Positions 27,313 to 30,736 of a DNA stretch of 30,736 nucleotides are shown piece after piece (within the stretch, counting starts at the first letter, position 1; each line of letters opens with the position of its first letter). Position numbers and translations under genes: made by a program. Source of the DNA: a candidate division WOR-3 bacterium. Its GTDB lineage: Bacteria > Hydrothermota > Tepidihabitantia > B3-TA06. Location of the stretch: assembly GCA_965649265.1 (NCBI GenBank), contig CBFGKC010000019.1, positions 1 to 30,736 of the forward strand, in the 5' to 3' direction. The notes beneath the pieces are model-generated. The model worked only from the letters and a program-made list of their open reading frames with translations, did not search any database and had not been told where the DNA came from.

Positions 27313-28002
27313 TCAGTTGTCTTTTCTTTGGTAGGGTTTGTCGTAGAGCTTTTTCTGCGCCTTGTTTTTGCGAGCCTCGAGTTTCCAGCCGATATCGCCG
27401 ACCCTTACGTAGAGAGTCTTCGGGATGAACGGCTTTCTTAAAAGCTCCCGGGCTTCCTCAGGAATCTGTCTGCTTTCCCGAAGCGCCTGGGCCGCGAGCG
27501 CGAGCGCCTTGCTGATGACCTGTGTCGGGCCGCCGTGTTCGTTAAGCGGTCTTGCGGCCACGACTCCTCCCTGGCCGAACGCGATTGCGCCTGCCCAGTT
27601 GAATCCCGCTTGTCGGGCGAACTCCCTAACGATCGCCACCGCCGTGTCGTTGTGGCTCGTTTCCGGGAAGCCGCAGTTGACTATCGCCGCGAGAGTCTGC
27701 TCTTTCGCGCGCTTTCTCGCGCCCATAATCTCCATGAGCCTTATAACGGCCGCGGGCAGCGAGTCCACGTAAAGCGGGAACGCGAGAATCAAGACGTCCG
27801 CCTCGTCAATACTCGCCAGCAAGCCCTCCTTCCCTTCTCGTTCCTTGAGCGATGCCTGAATATGAGCGTACCCTGTCTCGAAGCCCTCCTCCTCGCCCCC
27901 CTCCTCCCCCTTCAGCTTGTCCATAAGATACGAGCCCACTGAGTAGGACGTGCTCCTTTTATCTCGCGGGCTGCCCACGAGCAGGAGTGCCTTTCTGCTC
28001 AT
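27313..28002 (-). CDS. Flavodoxin-fold NAD(P)H-dependent oxidoreductase
   Basis: Start ATG 28002 (ATGA overlap, GGAGG RBS); LLVGSPR...STS, AFPLYVDSLP, NCGFPE. Confidence 0.82.
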   Translation of the reverse strand: MSRKALLLVGSPRDKRSTSYSVGSYLMDKLKGEEGGEEEGFETGYAHIQASLKEREGKEGLLASIDEADVLILAFPLYVDSLPAAVIRLMEIMGARKRAKEQTLAAIVNCGFPETSHNDTAVAIVREFARQAGFNWAGAIAFGQGGVVAARPLNEHGGPTQVISKALALAAQALRESRQIPEEARELLRKPFIPKTLYVRVGDIGWKLEARKNKAQKKLYDKPYQRKDN

Positions 28003-28613
28003 TTCGTCACCTCCTCGAGCGCGGCTTTGATGCGCTCCTTTACCGTCTCCATCCCTTCCTCCAGGCAGAGCACCTCGCACGCGCGCACCTTCGCGTGAAG
28101 GTTTATGGCGTTGCGCTCGAAGAGAGTCGCGAATATCGTCCCACTCTCTTCTACTCCTTCGCGGAACGAAGTTCCGCCCATGCGGCTTCCAGCCGCTACT
28201 TTTTTTTGAAGAACACCGAACGCGGCGACATTTGCCTTATGTTCGTAGCGCGGCGGGTGGTGTATCTCGCCGTCTATCTTTATGAAAAAGGGAAGCACGA
28301 GGGGAATCGCTCTATCGAGCGCCTTCTTCAGCTCCGACGAGTAGCCGCCGAACGTCACCGGCGAAAGGTATATCACGAGATCGCTTTTCGCCATCCTCTC
28401 CGCGACCTCGCGGCCCGAATCGTCAATCACGCAGACGCCGGGCGTGCGAACCCAGCAGCCGAAGCATCCGAGACAATCCCCTATCTCCAGATGCCGCAGC
28501 ATCAGGGGCTCAACGCTCCACCCCCCGGCCTCGAGATGCTCGACTATCGCCTCGTGCACGGGTGAAAGCGAATCGTCACCCGCGAGTGAACCGTCGAGCA
28601 GAAGCGCCTTCAT
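27999..28613 (-). CDS. Flavodoxin family iron-sulfur flavoprotein (WrbA/Isf-like)
   Basis: CLGCFGCWVRTPGVC, SPVTFGGYSSELKKALDR. Confidence 0.85.
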   Translation of the reverse strand: MKALLLDGSLAGDDSLSPVHEAIVEHLEAGGWSVEPLMLRHLEIGDCLGCFGCWVRTPGVCVIDDSGREVAERMAKSDLVIYLSPVTFGGYSSELKKALDRAIPLVLPFFIKIDGEIHHPPRYEHKANVAAFGVLQKKVAAGSRMGGTSFREGVEESGTIFATLFERNAINLHAKVRACEVLCLEEGMETVKERIKAALEEVTK

Positions 28614-28619
28614 GCGATT

Positions 28620-28681
28620 ATTCTACAACTAATCGGCACGGAGTCAAACGGGATTGACAAAGCATGGTCTCAGCCTATATT
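28620..28681. promoter_or_regulatory. Back-to-back divergent sigma70-like promoters
   Basis: Minus: TTGACT(28647-28642)-N16-TAGAAT-N6-ATG (leaderless). Plus: TTGACA(28654-28659)-N16-TATATT. Confidence 0.6.
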
Positions 28682-28726
28682 TCAGAATATAGAATAGCCC
28701 CTTGGGTCGTTACTATGGAGGTTAAA

Positions 28727-30223
28727 GTGAGAAAGGTATCAAGTGATCCCAGAATTCTTGCCGCGGCGCTTTTAGCGGTCATCTTCTTTCCATTAACTGT
28801 CCTTGCAGATTGGATGAAAACATACGGCGGCATCGGCAATGATAATGGATATTGTGCACAACAGACCTCGGACAGCGGCTTCATTGTAACCGGCTGCATG
28901 GAGCTTGACACTACATCCCTGTTCCCAGTAGTGTTGTGGATACTCAAGACCGATGCCTCAGGTAACGAGGAATGGTCCAAAATCTACGGGGATACCGGTC
29001 AATACATAGGTCCGCACATGGGCTACTTTGTGCAACAAACAGCGGACGGAGGCTATATAATCACCGGGAAACATAGCTTTTCGGGAAACAGAACATGGCT
29101 GCTCAAGACCGATCCCCAAGGCGACACGCTTTGGACCCGCGATTACGGAATTAGCGAAGGGCATTGCGTCCAGGAGCTTAAAGACGGTGGTTACATCGTG
29201 ACCGGCAGGACAATGTGGGATGACCTCAGTATGTTTTTGCTCAAAACAAGCTCGGCAGGTGAAAGCCTCTGGATGCGAACCTACTTGCCTGAGGATTGGC
29301 CTTATAGCAACGGTCGGTTTGTTCAGGAGACTGAAGACGGAGGATTCATCGTAGCCGGATCTTTAGATGATCCCATCTCTGATCATTGGGGGTCCGCTTT
29401 CTGGCTCTTAAAAACCGATTCGCTTGGAGATCCATTGTGGACTTGCATTCAAGGTCACGATACCACGGGCGAGGCGGACGCAGCATACTGTGTAAGGCAG
29501 ACAAGCGATAAAGATTATGTAGCCATCGGAACCGTCGGCCTTCTTAAACTGGACACTCAAGGCGATACAATATGGTCTCAATCCTACGCTCAAGGGACCT
29601 CGGTCATCCAAACCTCAGACGGCGGCTACGTCATCACTGGTGTAGGTGAAATCGTGCCGCCTGGATATTCAGATTCCTTCTTAAAAAACATGGCCTGGCT
29701 GGCTAAAACGAACCCTGCAGGCGATTTCCTCTGGAAACAGGTAATCGTTGACGGCACATGCCAGTTCGTGGAACAGACATTAGATCAAGGATACGTAATA
29801 ACAGGCCACCGCCACATAAACGGTGGCGATTTGTTGCTCATTTGGACCGATTCCCTCGGCTATGTCGGCATCACCGAGCCCCCCGTAACACACCAGCCCT
29901 CCTCAGAAACACCCGTAACACCCGTAACACCCCACCTCGAAATATCCTCAGCGATTAATTCGGAGATCGTCTTTTGCTACTGTCTGAACCCAAGCGAGCA
30001 AGGCACCATCAAGCTTTTCGACGCATCGGGCAGGATTATTGAGAGCGTTGCCGTTCAAGGGCAAGGCGAGGCTGGAGGCGGGAGGGAGAGGCGTCACCCG
30101 GAAGATCGTGATAGTGAGGTAGAGACATTTAAATCTCCTCCCCGTCAAGGGAAGGGTATGCGTTACCCTCACCCCACCCTCTCCCGAAGGGAGAGGGTAA
30201 GCTCCCCTGGTTGGAGGAATTGA
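28727..30223 (+). CDS. Secreted beta-propeller repeat protein; C-terminal sorting domain broken by a frameshifting deletion
   Basis: GTG start at 28727 after GGAGG; QQTSDSGFIVTG / LLKTD..GDTLWTR repeats; LFDASGRII is followed by aberrant sequence, while the expected end RLEAGGRGVTRKIVIVR* lies in the +1 frame (stop 30120-30122). Confidence 0.8.
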   Translation: MRKVSSDPRILAAALLAVIFFPLTVLADWMKTYGGIGNDNGYCAQQTSDSGFIVTGCMELDTTSLFPVVLWILKTDASGNEEWSKIYGDTGQYIGPHMGYFVQQTADGGYIITGKHSFSGNRTWLLKTDPQGDTLWTRDYGISEGHCVQELKDGGYIVTGRTMWDDLSMFLLKTSSAGESLWMRTYLPEDWPYSNGRFVQETEDGGFIVAGSLDDPISDHWGSAFWLLKTDSLGDPLWTCIQGHDTTGEADAAYCVRQTSDKDYVAIGTVGLLKLDTQGDTIWSQSYAQGTSVIQTSDGGYVITGVGEIVPPGYSDSFLKNMAWLAKTNPAGDFLWKQVIVDGTCQFVEQTLDQGYVITGHRHINGGDLLLIWTDSLGYVGITEPPVTHQPSSETPVTPVTPHLEISSAINSEIVFCYCLNPSEQGTIKLFDASGRIIESVAVQGQGEAGGGRERRHPEDRDSEVETFKSPPRQGKGMRYPHPTLSRRERVSSPGWRN

Positions 30224-30510
30224 GTTCGTAGGGGCCGACTTCAGTGTGCCCCTTGGGATATATTTATCCCATAGGGTATCAGGTCGGCCCGGACATTCGG
30301 GCTTACCTGAAGGTAAGCCCCTACGTTTTCGACTGGCATCTTAAGGAGCATTCACTTCATCCCCAAGGAGGCGCAGAGCGACTTCTTGGGGTTGGACAAT
30401 CTCCCCTACCCCCCTTAGACCTCCCTCACCCCACCCTCTCCCAAAGGGAGAGGGTAAGCAACACCTCTTACCTCTCCTATCGGGAGAGGTCGGCAGAGCC
30501 GGGTGAGGGT
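30166..30510. repeat. Mosaic of REP-like palindromes
   Basis: 37-bp direct repeat CCCTCACCCCACCCTCTCCC(G/A)AAGGGAGAGGGTAAGC at 30166-30202 and 30423-30459; degenerate inverted copy at 30471-30510; inverted GTAG-type REP pair at 30228-30324. Confidence 0.8.
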
Positions 30511-30569
30511 GACCCTGACGCGCTTCTTCAAACCTGCCCACAAACCGTTAATCTGGACTCGAGTCGAAA

Positions 30570-30602
30570 CCCCAGAAGAACGTCTCCGGCGTTCTTTTGG
30601 GG
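30570..30602. repeat. REP-like hairpin (same CCCCA...TGGGG family)
   Basis: CCCCAGAAGAACGTC-TCC-GGCGTTCTTTTGGGG. Confidence 0.55.
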
Positions 30603-30616
30603 CAGAAAAAAGCCCG

Positions 30617-30684
30617 AAATGTCCATCTTCTGACCATTTTTTGTCCCACTTTTGTCCATCTTTTGTCCCACTTAGTTATCCACA
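30617..30684 (+). repeat. Five tandem 11-bp repeats followed by a perfect DnaA box
   Basis: AAATGTCCATC TTCTGACCATT TTTTGTCCCAC TTTTGTCCATC TTTTGTCCCAC, then TTATCCACA at 30676-30684. Confidence 0.7.
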
Positions 30685-30736
30685 TTTCTGACGCGCTCGG
30701 TTAAACCTGACCGGCTGCCGCAGGGCGGCAGCTTGA

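Noticed and set aside
23871-30223. Diversity-generating retroelement acting on the two propeller genes
   Set aside because: No reverse transcriptase and no ~100-bp template/variable repeat pair with adenine-specific mismatches; shared identity is limited to a short linker.
30166-30459. 37-bp direct repeats as a CRISPR array
   Set aside because: Only two copies about 220 bp apart, no regular spacers and no cas genes; REP-like instead.
30244-30691. Short ORFs at the right end
   Set aside because: Translations of palindromic and tandem repeats (e.g. PHPTLS.RERV); no coding signals.

Overview
Bacterial chromosomal segment. The lineage is inferred, not shown: Gram-negative FCB-type candidate phylum such as WOR-3/TA06, judged from secreted proteins ending in a 'DxxGRxV...GxYF...KxVxx' sorting-type domain and a patatin-POTRA-barrel gene. 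Housekeeping core: a tightly packed minus-strand operon rpsO-pnp-M16 peptidase-PLP aminotransferase-GT4-polysaccharide deacetylase, plus tRNA-Val(CAC). Accessory genes encode envelope and secreted proteins (GH26-like lipoprotein, FG-GAP protein, two propeller-repeat proteins, three other lipoproteins, CreD-like, two DUF4097-like, CPBP protease), redox proteins (two EFR1 ferredoxins, two flavodoxin-fold), a roadblock/LC7 protein, a phasin and a USP. No integrase, transposase or CRISPR array is visible. Most notable observations: an apparently circularly permuted GH26; a DNA-level CCCGTAACA linker motif at domain junctions of unrelated genes; twelve sigma70-like promoters with a 16-bp spacer, four of them apparently leaderless; a tRNA embedded antisense in an operon; a family of covarying intergenic hairpins; a 45-bp in-frame palindromic insertion; a tandem unknown domain near the roadblock gene; candidate ECF and sigma54 regulons; and phased 11-bp repeats beside a perfect DnaA box at the right edge. 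All calls come from reading the sequence and recalled family motifs; no searches were run.
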